In this document: positions 24,409 to 34,293 of the stretch, one piece after another
Layout: each line of letters starts with the position of its first letter
How positions within the stretch are numbered: the first letter of the stretch is position 1
From: a virus
Virus genome (UHGV): UHGV-0142121
Strand: one strand, 5' to 3'
DNA: 46,984 bases
The notes under the pieces: model-generated
Database searches by the model: none
What the model saw: only the letters and a program-made list of their open reading frames with translations
Told to the model about the DNA's origin: nothing
Position numbers and translations under genes: made by a program

Positions 24409-25670
24409 TGTTTATCCCCCAATTTTTCCGGGGAGCATCAAAACCCGGAGTAAACCGAGGCGACTGGACCGTCCTTGGTGGGTTCGGTGCCAGCAGTAGC
24501 TCATCGGGCATCATTATCACGCCGGAAACGGCCATGGCCATGTCGGCGGTCCGGGCATGTGTGACGCTTCTGGCGGAGTCGGTGGCGCAGCTGCCGTGCG
24601 AACTGTATCGACGGGATGAAAAAGGCGGGCGTATTCGGGCGACCGATCACCCGCTCTATGACCTGATTCACTCCCAGCCCAACAAGAAAGACACCTCATT
24701 TGAGTACTACGAGCAGCAGCAGGGCGCGCTGGGGATTGAAGGTAACTCGTTTGCGCTGATTGAGCGTAACGGGAAAGGTGAGCCGACGGAACTGATTCCT
24801 GTGAACCCGAAAAAGGTCATTGTGATGAAAGGCCCGGACGCGATGCCTTATTACCATCTTCCCGATCTCGGCGAAACATTGCCGATGCGCATGGTGCATC
24901 ACGTTAAATATTTCTCGTTCGACGGTTATGTCGGTACGTCGCCAATCCAGACGAACGCGGATGTTCTCGGCCTCGGTCTGGCCGTCGAGCAGCACGCTGC
25001 CCAGGTGTTTGCACGCGGCACGACTATGAGCGGTGTTATTGAACGTCCGAAAGAGGCGGCGGCAATCAAGAGCCAGGAGGCGATTGATAAGCTGCTGGCC
25101 AAATGGACGGATCGGTATTCGGGCGTCCGTAATGCGTTTTCTGTCGCGCTGCTGCAGGAGGGGATGAGCTATAAGCAACTTTCCCAGGACAACGAGAAAG
25201 CGCAACTGCTGGAATCGCGTAAATGGTCGGTGAACGAAATCTGCCGGCTGTATAAAGTCCCGCCGCACATGATTCAGCTGCTGGAACAGTCCACGAACAA
25301 CAACATCGAGCACCAGGGCCTGCAATACGTGATGTACACGCTGCTGGCCTGGCTGAAGCGACATGAAAGCGCGATGATGCGCGATCTGCTACTGCCCAGC
25401 GAACGCCGGGATCTGTATATCGAGTTCAACGTTTCCTCGCTGCTGCGAGGGGACCAGAAATCGCGCTATGAATCGTACGCGCTGGGGCGCCAGTGGGGCT
25501 GGTTATCGGTTAATGATATCCGCCGCATGGAGAATCTGCCGCCTATTCCTGGTGGTGAAACCTATCTGACACCGCTGAATATGGTGGATAGCGCCAAGGT
25601 TATTCAGGGCGTCAGCAAAGCCTCAGCCTCACAGCTGAAAGAGATTGAAGCCATTCTGGCACGTACCTGA
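24408..25670 (+). CDS. Portal protein, 420 aa
   Basis: Size and position after terminase; GGGGAG ribosome-binding site. Confidence 0.75.
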   Translation: MFIPQFFRGASKPGVNRGDWTVLGGFGASSSSSGIIITPETAMAMSAVRACVTLLAESVAQLPCELYRRDEKGGRIRATDHPLYDLIHSQPNKKDTSFEYYEQQQGALGIEGNSFALIERNGKGEPTELIPVNPKKVIVMKGPDAMPYYHLPDLGETLPMRMVHHVKYFSFDGYVGTSPIQTNADVLGLGLAVEQHAAQVFARGTTMSGVIERPKEAAAIKSQEAIDKLLAKWTDRYSGVRNAFSVALLQEGMSYKQLSQDNEKAQLLESRKWSVNEICRLYKVPPHMIQLLEQSTNNNIEHQGLQYVMYTLLAWLKRHESAMMRDLLLPSERRDLYIEFNVSSLLRGDQKSRYESYALGRQWGWLSVNDIRRMENLPPIPGGETYLTPLNMVDSAKVIQGVSKASASQLKEIEAILART

Positions 25671-25710
25671 AACAAGTCCGCAGCCGCGGGCTTTTCTTTT
25701 GGTGGAAACC

Positions 25711-26622
25711 ATGAAACTAAAAATGATTAACCTGCCGCACCTTGCGGATCAGGTCTTCGGTGTTCCGCACTATGCAACGCGCCAGATTATGGACTCGGTG
25801 AAAGCCGTTCTGGTCCCGCGCCTGCAGGGGAATGGTTCTCCGGATTTGTCTATGGCGTTCGAAGCCGATGATGCCCCAGAGCCTGAGCAAACGCAGGCCG
25901 CAGGCGGCGTCGCAGTGATTCCCGTTCACGGCATCCTGGTGCCGCGACGCGGCCAGATTACGGCGGCCTGTACGGAGCTGACCAGCTACGAGCGAATCCG
26001 CGGCATGATTAGCGCCGCGCTGAGCGATGCGGCTGTCAGTGAAATCGTGCTGGATATTAACTCTGGTGGCGGAGCTGCAGTCGGCTGTAAAGAACTGGCC
26101 GATTACATTTTCCAGTCGCGTGACGTGAAGCCGATCACCGCTATCGTGAATTTCAGTGCCTACTCAGCGGCCTATTTTATCGCGTCGGCATGTAGCAAGG
26201 TTCTCGTCAGCCAGACCAGCGGTGTGGGGTCGATTGGCGTCATCATGGAGCACATGGAGGCGTCAAAGTGGGAAGAGAATATCGGTCTGAAGTTTACGAC
26301 GATTTTCCGCGGCGATAACAAGAACAATGGCTCGCAACATGAACCTCTGAGCGAGCAGGCCATGGCGATGTTTCAGGGCATGATCGACCAGATGTATGAG
26401 GTATTCACCAGTTCGGTTGCTGAATACCGCGGCATGGCGCAACAGGCGGTTATCGATACGCAGGCGGCGCTGTATACAGGTGCTGACGCGGTTGCTGCCG
26501 GGTTAGCTGATGAAGTTTCCGACCCACAATCGGCTATCAACGCGATTGCAGCAAAGTACCGAAAACCCCAGCAATCAATCCTGTTACGGGCCTCAGTCAT
26601 GGACATGCAGACCCAACTTTAA
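25711..26622 (+). CDS. Prohead protease, S49 (SppA-like) family, about 303 aa
   Basis: LDINSGGG and GVGSIGV motifs typical of S49 peptidases (lambda C-like); start moved to ATG 25711. Confidence 0.6.
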   Translation: MKLKMINLPHLADQVFGVPHYATRQIMDSVKAVLVPRLQGNGSPDLSMAFEADDAPEPEQTQAAGGVAVIPVHGILVPRRGQITAACTELTSYERIRGMISAALSDAAVSEIVLDINSGGGAAVGCKELADYIFQSRDVKPITAIVNFSAYSAAYFIASACSKVLVSQTSGVGSIGVIMEHMEASKWEENIGLKFTTIFRGDNKNNGSQHEPLSEQAMAMFQGMIDQMYEVFTSSVAEYRGMAQQAVIDTQAALYTGADAVAAGLADEVSDPQSAINAIAAKYRKPQQSILLRASVMDMQTQL

Positions 26623-26646
26623 CCCGACGCCTACGCGTCACCCTGA

Positions 26647-26671
26647 AAGCAGCCATATGGCTGCTTTTTTT
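26647..26671 (+). terminator. Intrinsic terminator between protease and major capsid genes
   Basis: Stem AAGCAGCC/GGCTGCTT with ATAT loop, then TTTTT. Confidence 0.55.
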
Positions 26672-26694
26672 ATGTCTAAAAAGAGAGAAAAATC

Positions 26695-27984
26695 ATGCCT
26701 CAGATTGAAGAATTACGTCGTCAGCGCGCGGGTATTAACGATCAGGTTCAGGCTCTGGCTCAGGTTGAGCTGGGCGGCGGCGTATTGTCCGCCGAGCAAC
26801 TGACTCAGTTTAACAGCCTGCAGCAACAGTTCACCGATATCACCGCTCAAATCACCCGTCTGGAAGCGGCAGAACGCGCCGCAGCAGCGGTAGCGGTTCC
26901 GGTATCCGCAACGGGTACTGGCGCGCCGGCGATTCATGTGAAAGCCGAACCCGCTCAGTACAAGGGCGCGAGCATGACCCGCATGGTTATGGCTATCGCC
27001 GCCGGTGGTGGTAACCTGGGCGATGCGCAGATCTTTGCCGCTAAGGAACTGAACGATAATCAGGTCGCGATGGCGATCAGCACTGCTGCCGGTTCTGGTG
27101 GCGCTCTGGTTCCGACCAATATGCAGAACGAGGTCATCGAGCTGCTGCGCGACCGCACCATCGTTCGTAAGCTGGGCGCGCGTTCCGTGCCACTGCCGAA
27201 CGGCAATATGGCTCTGCCACGCCTGGCCGGTGGTTCGACTGCCAGCTATGTCGGTGAAGGGAAGGACGTGAAAGCCAGCGGCGCCAGCTTTGATGATGTG
27301 AAACTCAGCGCGAAAACGATGATCTGTATGGTTCCGCTGTCGAACCAGTTGATCGGTCGCGCCGGGTTCTCTGTTGAGCAGCTGATTCTGGGCGATATCA
27401 TCAGCGGTATTGCTACCCGCGAAGATAAAGCCTTCCTGCGTGATGATGGCACCGCTGACACGCCGAAGGGCATGAAAGCAGTTGCGACCGCTGCGACACG
27501 CTTCAAAACGTGGGATAAGGATGCTGACCCAACGCTGCAGAACATCGACACCTATCTGGATGGGCTGATCCTGATGACCATGGACGGCAACAGCAACATG
27601 CTGCAGTGCGGCTGGGGTATGTCTAACCGCACCTACATGAAGCTGTTTGGTCTGCGTGATGGCAACGGGAACAAGGTTTACCCGGAAATGGCCGCCGGTA
27701 TGCTGAAGGGCTATCCTATTGAGCGTACCAGCGCGATCCCGGCGAACCTCGGTACCGGCGGTAACGAGTCAGAGATTTACTTCGCTGACTTCAGCGATGT
27801 GCTGATCGGTGAAGAGGGAGACATGAAGGTCGATTTCTCGCGTGAAGCAACTTACATCGATGCGGATGGCAACACCGTTTCTGCGTTCGCCCGTAACCAG
27901 TCCCTGATCCGCGTTATCGTTGAGCACGATATTGGTTTCCGTCACGTCGAAGGTCTGGCGCTCGGTACCGGCGTTCTCTGGTAA
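26695..27984 (+). CDS. Major capsid protein with N-terminal coiled-coil (scaffold-like) domain, 429 aa
   Basis: Position after protease, size, and an N-terminal 90-aa Ala/Gln-rich helical region. Confidence 0.75.
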   Translation: MPQIEELRRQRAGINDQVQALAQVELGGGVLSAEQLTQFNSLQQQFTDITAQITRLEAAERAAAAVAVPVSATGTGAPAIHVKAEPAQYKGASMTRMVMAIAAGGGNLGDAQIFAAKELNDNQVAMAISTAAGSGGALVPTNMQNEVIELLRDRTIVRKLGARSVPLPNGNMALPRLAGGSTASYVGEGKDVKASGASFDDVKLSAKTMICMVPLSNQLIGRAGFSVEQLILGDIISGIATREDKAFLRDDGTADTPKGMKAVATAATRFKTWDKDADPTLQNIDTYLDGLILMTMDGNSNMLQCGWGMSNRTYMKLFGLRDGNGNKVYPEMAAGMLKGYPIERTSAIPANLGTGGNESEIYFADFSDVLIGEEGDMKVDFSREATYIDADGNTVSAFARNQSLIRVIVEHDIGFRHVEGLALGTGVLW

Positions 27985-28014
27985 TCGTTCGCGATAGTGA
28001 TTCGTTCGATGCTG

Positions 28015-28041
28015 AAAAGGCCCGTTTAGCGGGCCTTTTTT
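28015..28041 (+). terminator. Intrinsic terminator after the major capsid gene
   Basis: Hairpin AAAAGGCCCG...CGGGCCTTTT with T-run. Confidence 0.6.
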
Positions 28042-28065
28042 ATTCACTTTAGCTGGAGATAGAGC

Positions 28066-28413
28066 ATGGCTGGAAAACCTAAAACCAAAACAGACGCGGA
28101 CACCACAACTTCCGTTGATGGTGTTGATGCGATTATTGATACCTCCAATATTGTCGACAGTGTGATTTCTGGTGATGTGATTACCGGTGATGAAATTGGG
28201 ACCGTGGTCCCAGCGGTGAAATCCGCGCCGGAACGTCGCGCTGTTGTGTTCCTGGGGCCGTACCATCGTTATTCGCGCGCTGATGTCGCTGCGTTCGATG
28301 CCGAATACGCTGAAGAGCTTGTTGCACGCAATATCGCTGCCTGGCCAGAAGATGCGAAGCGGGCGTTGAATCCTCGTCGGGGAGACGATGACCATGAAAC
28401 CGACATTGGATGA
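28066..28413 (+). CDS. Hypothetical head-region protein, 115 aa; contains a sopC-like palindrome
   Basis: GGAGA ribosome-binding site; palindrome 28196-28213 encodes DEIGTVVPAV. Confidence 0.4.
   Translation: MAGKPKTKTDADTTTSVDGVDAIIDTSNIVDSVISGDVITGDEIGTVVPAVKSAPERRAVVFLGPYHRYSRADVAAFDAEYAEELVARNIAAWPEDAKRALNPRRGDDDHETDIG
28196..28213. repeat. sopC-like palindrome TTGGGACCGTGGTCCCAG inside a CDS
   Basis: 16-mer TGGGACCGTGGTCCCA with 2-bp centre. Confidence 0.65.
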
Positions 28414-28717
28414 AGTTAAGCTCCAGCTGCGTCTCGAGCTGGATTTTACCGAGCATGACGATCTGCTGACGCGCCTGATTGGTGCCGCGCGTCGCAGTAT
28501 CGAGCGCTCGTATTACTGTCGCCTTTCTGAGTCGCAGGATGAACTGGACAAACTTCCGGAAGGCCAGCCGGCGTACCTGATTGATGACGATATCCAGCTG
28601 GCCATGCAGATGATGGTCGCCCACTGGTATCTCAACCCGACAGGTGCCGGCGAGGGGACGCCGTCAGAACTTGGCGTTTCCTACCTGCTGTTTCCGCTGA
28701 TGGAGCATACGGTATGA
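28388..28717 (+). CDS. Head-tail connector (gp6-like) protein, 109 aa
   Basis: Sequence pattern and position typical of the gp6-like connector family. Confidence 0.5.
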   Translation: MTMKPTLDEVKLQLRLELDFTEHDDLLTRLIGAARRSIERSYYCRLSESQDELDKLPEGQPAYLIDDDIQLAMQMMVAHWYLNPTGAGEGTPSELGVSYLLFPLMEHTV

Positions 28718-29058
28718 GCCAGAAACCACTGCAACCCGGCGAGCTGAATTGCCGGCTGTCGTTCAGCTACATCGTTATTGGCGAAGGCCCGCTGGGTGAG
28801 CCGTTGCCAGCGCAGGAGGTGCAGGCGGGGAAAGCCTGGGCGAAGAAAGATCTGATTTCAGGCCGGAAAATCCGGACGCTGGACCAGCAGCAGGTGGTCG
28901 AAACCTGTGAATTTACTCTCTATCCGCGTGAAGTGGATATCGACTGGAAGGTGGCCACAAAGGACCGGGTTTATACCGTTCGCAACGTGGACCGACTTCC
29001 GGACCGCATGATCATTACGGGGGAGGCTGACGGGCGCCATGATCGAGCAGGCCATTAA
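28714..29058 (+). CDS. Head closure / head-tail joining protein, 114 aa
   Basis: Position and size; ATGA coupling. Confidence 0.45.
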   Translation: MSQKPLQPGELNCRLSFSYIVIGEGPLGEPLPAQEVQAGKAWAKKDLISGRKIRTLDQQQVVETCEFTLYPREVDIDWKVATKDRVYTVRNVDRLPDRMIITGEADGRHDRAGH

Positions 29059-29419
29059 ACCCGCACTGGAGCGCATTACGGGGCTAAAAGCGTATCCGCT
29101 GCTGCTGCCTGATAGCGTGCAGGAAGGGGTCACGTTTCAGCGAATTTCCGATCCACCGGTCGGCGATGGTCTGGTGCGTACGGGGCTTTGTGATGTACGG
29201 ATGCAGGTAAATTTGTACATCGTTGACGACTACACCCACATGCTGGCGCTGGATAAGGCGTTATGGGACGAGTGGAAAACGCTGGTACACGGTGAGCTTG
29301 AAAGCTATCCGGTCCAGTATGTTGAACGCGGTGGCATCCAGCAGGATAAAGTCACCCTGACCAGCGGACGCGTACAGTACCGCCTCATCCGAGATTTTAC
29401 GTTTACGGTTCCAGAGTAA
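29039..29419 (+). CDS. Tail completion protein (lambda Z-like position), 126 aa
   Basis: Synteny only. Confidence 0.35.
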   Translation: MIEQAIKPALERITGLKAYPLLLPDSVQEGVTFQRISDPPVGDGLVRTGLCDVRMQVNLYIVDDYTHMLALDKALWDEWKTLVHGELESYPVQYVERGGIQQDKVTLTSGRVQYRLIRDFTFTVPE

Positions 29420-29424
29420 ATCCT

Positions 29425-29835
29425 ATGGAGATGAACATTAAATTCCCGACCGGGAAGGATTTCGATCGGATTCTGGAAGATATCGACAAAAAAGTGGGTG
29501 TGAAGTTGCTACGTGATGCCGGGCGTGAGGCGATGAAAATCGTTCAGCTGGACATGATTAGCAACGCCGGTTTCGATGAGGAAAGCATCGGGCCGCACAT
29601 GCGCGACAGCATCAAAATCCGCAGCACCAACGTAGCAGAAACATCCCACTATAACACGATCGTCACGCTTCGTGTCGGTCCCAGCAAATTCCATCACATG
29701 AAAGCCCTGGCGCAAGAGTTTGGCACCGTAAAACAGGTGGCCAAGCCGTTTATTCGTCCGGCGATGGATTACAACGTTCAAAAAATCCTGCAGGTGCTGG
29801 CAACCGAAATCCGCATCGGGCTGGAAGGTCAATAA
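29425..29835 (+). CDS. Tail terminator-like protein (lambda U / HK97 gp10-like position), 136 aa
   Basis: Synteny plus weak family resemblance. Confidence 0.35.
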   Translation: MEMNIKFPTGKDFDRILEDIDKKVGVKLLRDAGREAMKIVQLDMISNAGFDEESIGPHMRDSIKIRSTNVAETSHYNTIVTLRVGPSKFHHMKALAQEFGTVKQVAKPFIRPAMDYNVQKILQVLATEIRIGLEGQ

Positions 29836-29847
29836 TCGGAGATAAAA

Positions 29848-30321
29848 ATGGCTGACGAAAATATCAAATCCCCCTCGGAGTATGCATCTCTCCCGGCGGG
29901 TACCCGCGTGTCTTACGGCACAGTTGGCGCAACACTTGCAACGGCGAAGCTGTTGCAGTCGGCAACGGCCATCGGAGCCACAGGCAACAAAGGGACGTTT
30001 ATCGACGTTACCCGCCTGATTGATACCGAGCCGAAATATATGGCTGACATGGGCGAAGGCGAAGATAAAACACTGGTCTTTATTGATGACCCGGATGATG
30101 TCGCACAGCAGGCGCTGCTGGCCTCCGCTGATGCGAAAGAAACGGTCGTATTCTTCATGCAGTTCCCGAACCGCCGTCTGGCGGAGATTCAGCTCGTTCT
30201 TGCCGGCTGGAGCATGCAGACCGTAGATTCACCGAAAGGCAAGGTGCTGCAGCTGGAGGTTTACGGCAAGCAGAACAAACTGAAATGGACCGTTACTCCA
30301 GCTGATGCTGGCGGCGAATAA
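29848..30321 (+). CDS. Major tail tube protein, 157 aa
   Basis: Position immediately before the G/GT chaperone pair; GGAGA ribosome-binding site. Confidence 0.5.
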   Translation: MADENIKSPSEYASLPAGTRVSYGTVGATLATAKLLQSATAIGATGNKGTFIDVTRLIDTEPKYMADMGEGEDKTLVFIDDPDDVAQQALLASADAKETVVFFMQFPNRRLAEIQLVLAGWSMQTVDSPKGKVLQLEVYGKQNKLKWTVTPADAGGE

Positions 30322-30383
30322 CGCCATTTAATAGCTGACCCGGCCCGGCTTCCCTTCACTCATTCATCATCAGGATCATCGTC

Positions 30384-30728
30384 ATGAACTACAAATCCCT
30401 CACCACCCCATTGAATACAACGACTGAAAAGAAACTGCTTGGCCAGAAGGTATTTATCCGCCGCCTGACCAATACCGAGCTGGATAATTATACCGATGCA
30501 GTAGAAGCGGCCCAGAAGGAAGGGAAGTCCCCTCGACAGCTCTCAGTGATGGGGGTGAATTTATTCCTGCAGGCGTTGGTTAACGAAGACGGTAGCCGCC
30601 CTGGGAAGAAGGACCTTCCGACGGCGGAAGAACTGCTTGATGTTCATGCATCCGCTGATTTGCTGGAAGCCGTTACCCTGGTTCAGCGCCATTCCTACGG
30701 TACGCTTGAGGAAGCGGAAAAAAACTAA
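30384..30728 (+). CDS. Tail assembly chaperone G, 114 aa
   Basis: Position before tape measure; ends at slippery heptamer A-AAA-AAC (30719-30725). Confidence 0.6.
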   Translation: MNYKSLTTPLNTTTEKKLLGQKVFIRRLTNTELDNYTDAVEAAQKEGKSPRQLSVMGVNLFLQALVNEDGSRPGKKDLPTAEELLDVHASADLLEAVTLVQRHSYGTLEEAEKN

Positions 30729-30967
30729 CCGCCTCGCCCCGGCTTAGACTGCTGTTCACACTGGCAGACCGCTGGGGCGAGCCTGACCCGCGCAAACTTG
30801 GTGACCTGCCGGCAAATATTCTCACCCATTGGGAGGCGTATTTTAACCTCCTGAAGACTGAGACCGCCGGCGAGCCACCGCCATCATCACCGCAGCCTGC
30901 TGTTGCACCGTCTGAGGGCGCTCAGCAGTTCGCTGATTGTCTGAGGATCTTAGGAAATGGCTGCTGA
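30384..30967 (+). CDS. Tail assembly chaperone GT fusion via programmed -1 frameshift at 30719-30725
   Basis: The -1 frame is open from the slippery site to TGA at 30965-30967 (about 80 extra codons), overlapping the tape-measure start. Confidence 0.55.
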
Positions 30968-33935
30968 TGTTGCATCGTTGGCTGTTGCGCTTCACCTGAA
31001 CTCGGCCAGCTTCAAATCGCAGTTCGCTGATGCGATGCGGTCGGCTGACAGTGGGGCGCAACAGTTCAATAGAAAGGCGCAGGCGGATGCCAAAAATACC
31101 CGCCAGTCATACGAGGGAGTCAGCAAAGGGATCACCGGTCTCGATGCTGATTTTAACAAACTTGGCCGCACGGTTGATAAGCGTCTGACCGGGCTTGATG
31201 AGATGCGCGGCCTGCTGGCCAGCATCTCTGCCGGTAGTAACGTTGCCGGCAGTTCTATAGCAAACGCGCTGGTTACTTCGCTCAGCGAGGGTATGAGTAC
31301 CGCGCTATCAAACAGCGTGAATGGCCTGAAGAACCAGCGACAGGCCCAGATTGAGTTCACCGCGGCGCAGGTTGATGCGGCGCGCGGCGTAATTGAGAAC
31401 GCCAGGAGCCTCCGCGAAGAGGCCATCGCCAAACAGAACGCCGCGGTGAAAACTATTGAGGCGGCGAAGGCCGATCGTGAACGTGCATTCGCACTCGATG
31501 AGTATTACGCCAAACAGGCCGAGGTAAACAAACAGTTCGGGTTGACGGTTGATTATCAGGAAGAGCACGTTAAAAACTCGCGTGTGATTAATGAAGCCAA
31601 CCTGGCGGAAGCCAAAGGGAAAGGCAGCCTGGCAGAAGCGACAAAAGCCGTGCTGGCCGCCGATATTGCCGAATCCAACGGTAAGCAGCAGCTGGCCACA
31701 TCGACCCGTAATCTGGTGGTTGTCAGCCAGGAACTCTCGCTCGGCCAGCGTGCTGCTGCGACCAGCGCGGGTCTATTGCGTGGCGCGCTGGCGATGGTCG
31801 GCGGTCCTGTCGGCCTTGCCGTGATGGCGGCTGTCGGCGCTGGTACCGCTATTTATACCGCGTTCTCGCGCAGCCAGGCGGAGATCGACGGGTTCAATAA
31901 GGCGCTGCAGAAGTCCGGGCAGCAGTCCGTGATGAACGTGATGTACCTGCAGAACCTGGTTTCCCGTCTGGGCGATACCGCCGGTGCGGTTAAGTCGGTC
32001 ACTGCCGCTGTCGGTGCCGGGTTCGGCGGCGATATTCTGGATCAGGTGGCGGGGCTTGGCACCCGTATGGAAGAAATTGGCCAGAGTTCTGATGACCTGG
32101 TTACGCTGCTTTCCAGTCTCAGCGGCGACCCGCTGAACGCGCTGCAAAAGCTGACCGATCAGGGAATTTTGCTGAACAGCAGCATGGTCGATCAGATTGT
32201 TACCCTGAACCGCCAGGGGAAAACGACTGAGGCTACCGCGCTGCTGCAGCAGGCGGCCATGGATGACGTTTCCCAGAAGCTCAAAGAGCAGGAAAGCCAG
32301 GTCGGCGTGCTGGAAGGGGCGTGGAAGTCCCTGAAAGGGTTTGTTGCTGATGCTTTTAAGACCATGGGAGATGCGCACATAGCGACCGCCCAGGCGATGG
32401 CCGCTGGTGCCAATGTCGATCTGACGCCAACCGAAGACCCCGCCATCAAACAGCGTGAAGAAGCTGAAAAACTCTACCAGCAGCGGAAGAAAGAGCGAGA
32501 GGAACTGACGAAGCGCCTCAAGGATGAAAACACCCTTTCTGGCCTGATGAAAGCGGGCGTATCGCGCGAAAAAGAGCGAGCTGATGCTATCGCACTGGTT
32601 AACGCGAACTATACGAAAGGCACGGCGGAGTACACGCAGGCGATGGCTGGCGTGAACAAGATGTACGCCGAGCAGAAAAAAGCGCGTGAGAAAGCCTACA
32701 GCGATGATGCTGCCACTCGCCGCCTGCAGGAGCTGAAGCAGGAAGAGACGGTGCTGCGTACGCAGAACGACCAGACGGAAGAACTGACGAACAGCGAGCG
32801 TAAGCTGCTGCAGTTCAATCAGGAAGTTGCCGATCTGAAAGAAAAGCGCATCCTGACCGCTGGCCAGCGCAGTCTGCTGGCGCAGGAAACAGAGCTTCGT
32901 AACCAGCTGCAGATCAACGCCAGTCTGGACCGAGCCAACGCGCAGCGGAAAATCGGCCTGCAGATGCAGGAGAAGAACCAGGAACTGTACCGCTCAACCA
33001 TCCAGTTGCAGCAGGAGTACAGCAACCGGGTCGCGCAGATGACGATGAGTTCAACTGCATATGACCAGATGGTTGCAGAGCAGCAAGTTCGTGAACGATT
33101 TGCAAAACTGAGGGAAGAGCTTGATAAAACCGTAAGTGATCACGCTTCTGAACAGTATCGCCAACAAACGGAAGTATTACGCACTGAAGAGCAGAAGCAG
33201 TTCGATATTATTTTGAGCGGTGCTAAGCGAAAAAAAGAAGTGGAAGGCTCTTGGATTGACGGTATGAAAAGCGGGCTACAGGAGTGGCGTGAAGATGCTG
33301 AAAACCAGTTTGCTATGACGCGAGATATTGCAGTTAATGCGATGGACGGCATGAGCAATAGCATCTGGAATTTAGCCTCTAAAGGGAAGGCTGATGTTAA
33401 GTCATTTGCAGTTTCAGCTATCAATGATATCGGGCAGATGATTACCAAAATGCTGGTCATGAATGCGGTCAAATCAGGCGCATCTGCATTTGGCATAAGT
33501 AGCATGTTTGGCTGGGCAGATGGTGGCTATACAGGTGATGGTGGCAAGCATGATGTTGCCGGCGTCGTGCATAAGGGGGAATGGGTAGTACCTCAGAACG
33601 TCGTGCAAAAGCCTGGCATGCTGAATTTCCTGAACCAGCTGACATACGGCAGCGGGTATGCAGACGGTGGTTTAGTCGGTGGTAGCGTTGCCCGCCCGTC
33701 CAGCAATGAGGATGCCGGCAGCGATAATCGAAACATCCGCGTTACGGTCAACATCCCGCTGCAGGTGATTAAGCAGGGAGCCGCAGCAACTCAGCAATCA
33801 AAAGATCAGGGGAAAACGAGTGATGAAGCTCTAAGCCTCGAGGCGCTATCCCAGATTAAGCAGGTCTGCTATAGCGTGCTGGACCGTGAGTTATCGAATA
33901 ACGGCATGATCCTGAACGCAATCAAGGGGGCGTGA
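30957..33935 (+). CDS. Tail tape measure protein, 992 aa
   Basis: Long Ala/Gln-rich helical protein with Gly-rich C-terminal region, after G/GT. Confidence 0.85.
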   Translation: MAADVASLAVALHLNSASFKSQFADAMRSADSGAQQFNRKAQADAKNTRQSYEGVSKGITGLDADFNKLGRTVDKRLTGLDEMRGLLASISAGSNVAGSSIANALVTSLSEGMSTALSNSVNGLKNQRQAQIEFTAAQVDAARGVIENARSLREEAIAKQNAAVKTIEAAKADRERAFALDEYYAKQAEVNKQFGLTVDYQEEHVKNSRVINEANLAEAKGKGSLAEATKAVLAADIAESNGKQQLATSTRNLVVVSQELSLGQRAAATSAGLLRGALAMVGGPVGLAVMAAVGAGTAIYTAFSRSQAEIDGFNKALQKSGQQSVMNVMYLQNLVSRLGDTAGAVKSVTAAVGAGFGGDILDQVAGLGTRMEEIGQSSDDLVTLLSSLSGDPLNALQKLTDQGILLNSSMVDQIVTLNRQGKTTEATALLQQAAMDDVSQKLKEQESQVGVLEGAWKSLKGFVADAFKTMGDAHIATAQAMAAGANVDLTPTEDPAIKQREEAEKLYQQRKKEREELTKRLKDENTLSGLMKAGVSREKERADAIALVNANYTKGTAEYTQAMAGVNKMYAEQKKAREKAYSDDAATRRLQELKQEETVLRTQNDQTEELTNSERKLLQFNQEVADLKEKRILTAGQRSLLAQETELRNQLQINASLDRANAQRKIGLQMQEKNQELYRSTIQLQQEYSNRVAQMTMSSTAYDQMVAEQQVRERFAKLREELDKTVSDHASEQYRQQTEVLRTEEQKQFDIILSGAKRKKEVEGSWIDGMKSGLQEWREDAENQFAMTRDIAVNAMDGMSNSIWNLASKGKADVKSFAVSAINDIGQMITKMLVMNAVKSGASAFGISSMFGWADGGYTGDGGKHDVAGVVHKGEWVVPQNVVQKPGMLNFLNQLTYGSGYADGGLVGGSVARPSSNEDAGSDNRNIRVTVNIPLQVIKQGAAATQQSKDQGKTSDEALSLEALSQIKQVCYSVLDRELSNNGMILNAIKGA

Positions 33936-33937
33936 TA

Positions 33938-34285
33938 ATGGCGCTGGAAACATTCAACTGGTCGCCGAGGAATGGTCCCGTTGGTGACATTCAATTTCGT
34001 ACCCGGTCAGCGCAATATGGCGACGGTTACGAGCAGGTAACTGGCGACGGTATTAACTCCGAAACGCAGTCATGGCCACTGACGTTTGTCGGGTTAAATG
34101 AGGATATCCGCCCTATCCTGACTTTCCTCAGAGAGCATGGCGAAACGCGTGCGTTTAAGTGGGTCAACCCTCTGGGTGAGCTTGGGTTATATCGTGCCAC
34201 CCAGATAAAACCCACCGTGATGGATTTTGCTCGTATGTCGCTATCTGTTACGTTTGTGACGGCATTTCGCGCCGAATCATCATAG
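33938..34285 (+). CDS. Minor tail protein M, about 115 aa
   Basis: Resembles lambda gpM (RSAQYGDGYEQV vs RFGDGYSQR); AGGGGG ribosome-binding site. Confidence 0.65.
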   Translation: MALETFNWSPRNGPVGDIQFRTRSAQYGDGYEQVTGDGINSETQSWPLTFVGLNEDIRPILTFLREHGETRAFKWVNPLGELGLYRATQIKPTVMDFARMSLSVTFVTAFRAESS

Positions 34286-34293
34286 AGGGATAT

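Noticed and set aside
24696-25364. Minus-strand 222-aa ORF inside the portal gene, and minus-strand ORFs inside the tape-measure gene (31773-32378 and others)
   Set aside because: Antisense shadow ORFs within long structural genes; Arg/Leu-rich translations; no independent support.
29672-33990. Isolated GGTCCCA half-sites (29672, 33983) and GGACCATG at 7190
   Set aside because: Only one half of the palindrome is present; expected by chance in 47 kb of GC-rich coding DNA.
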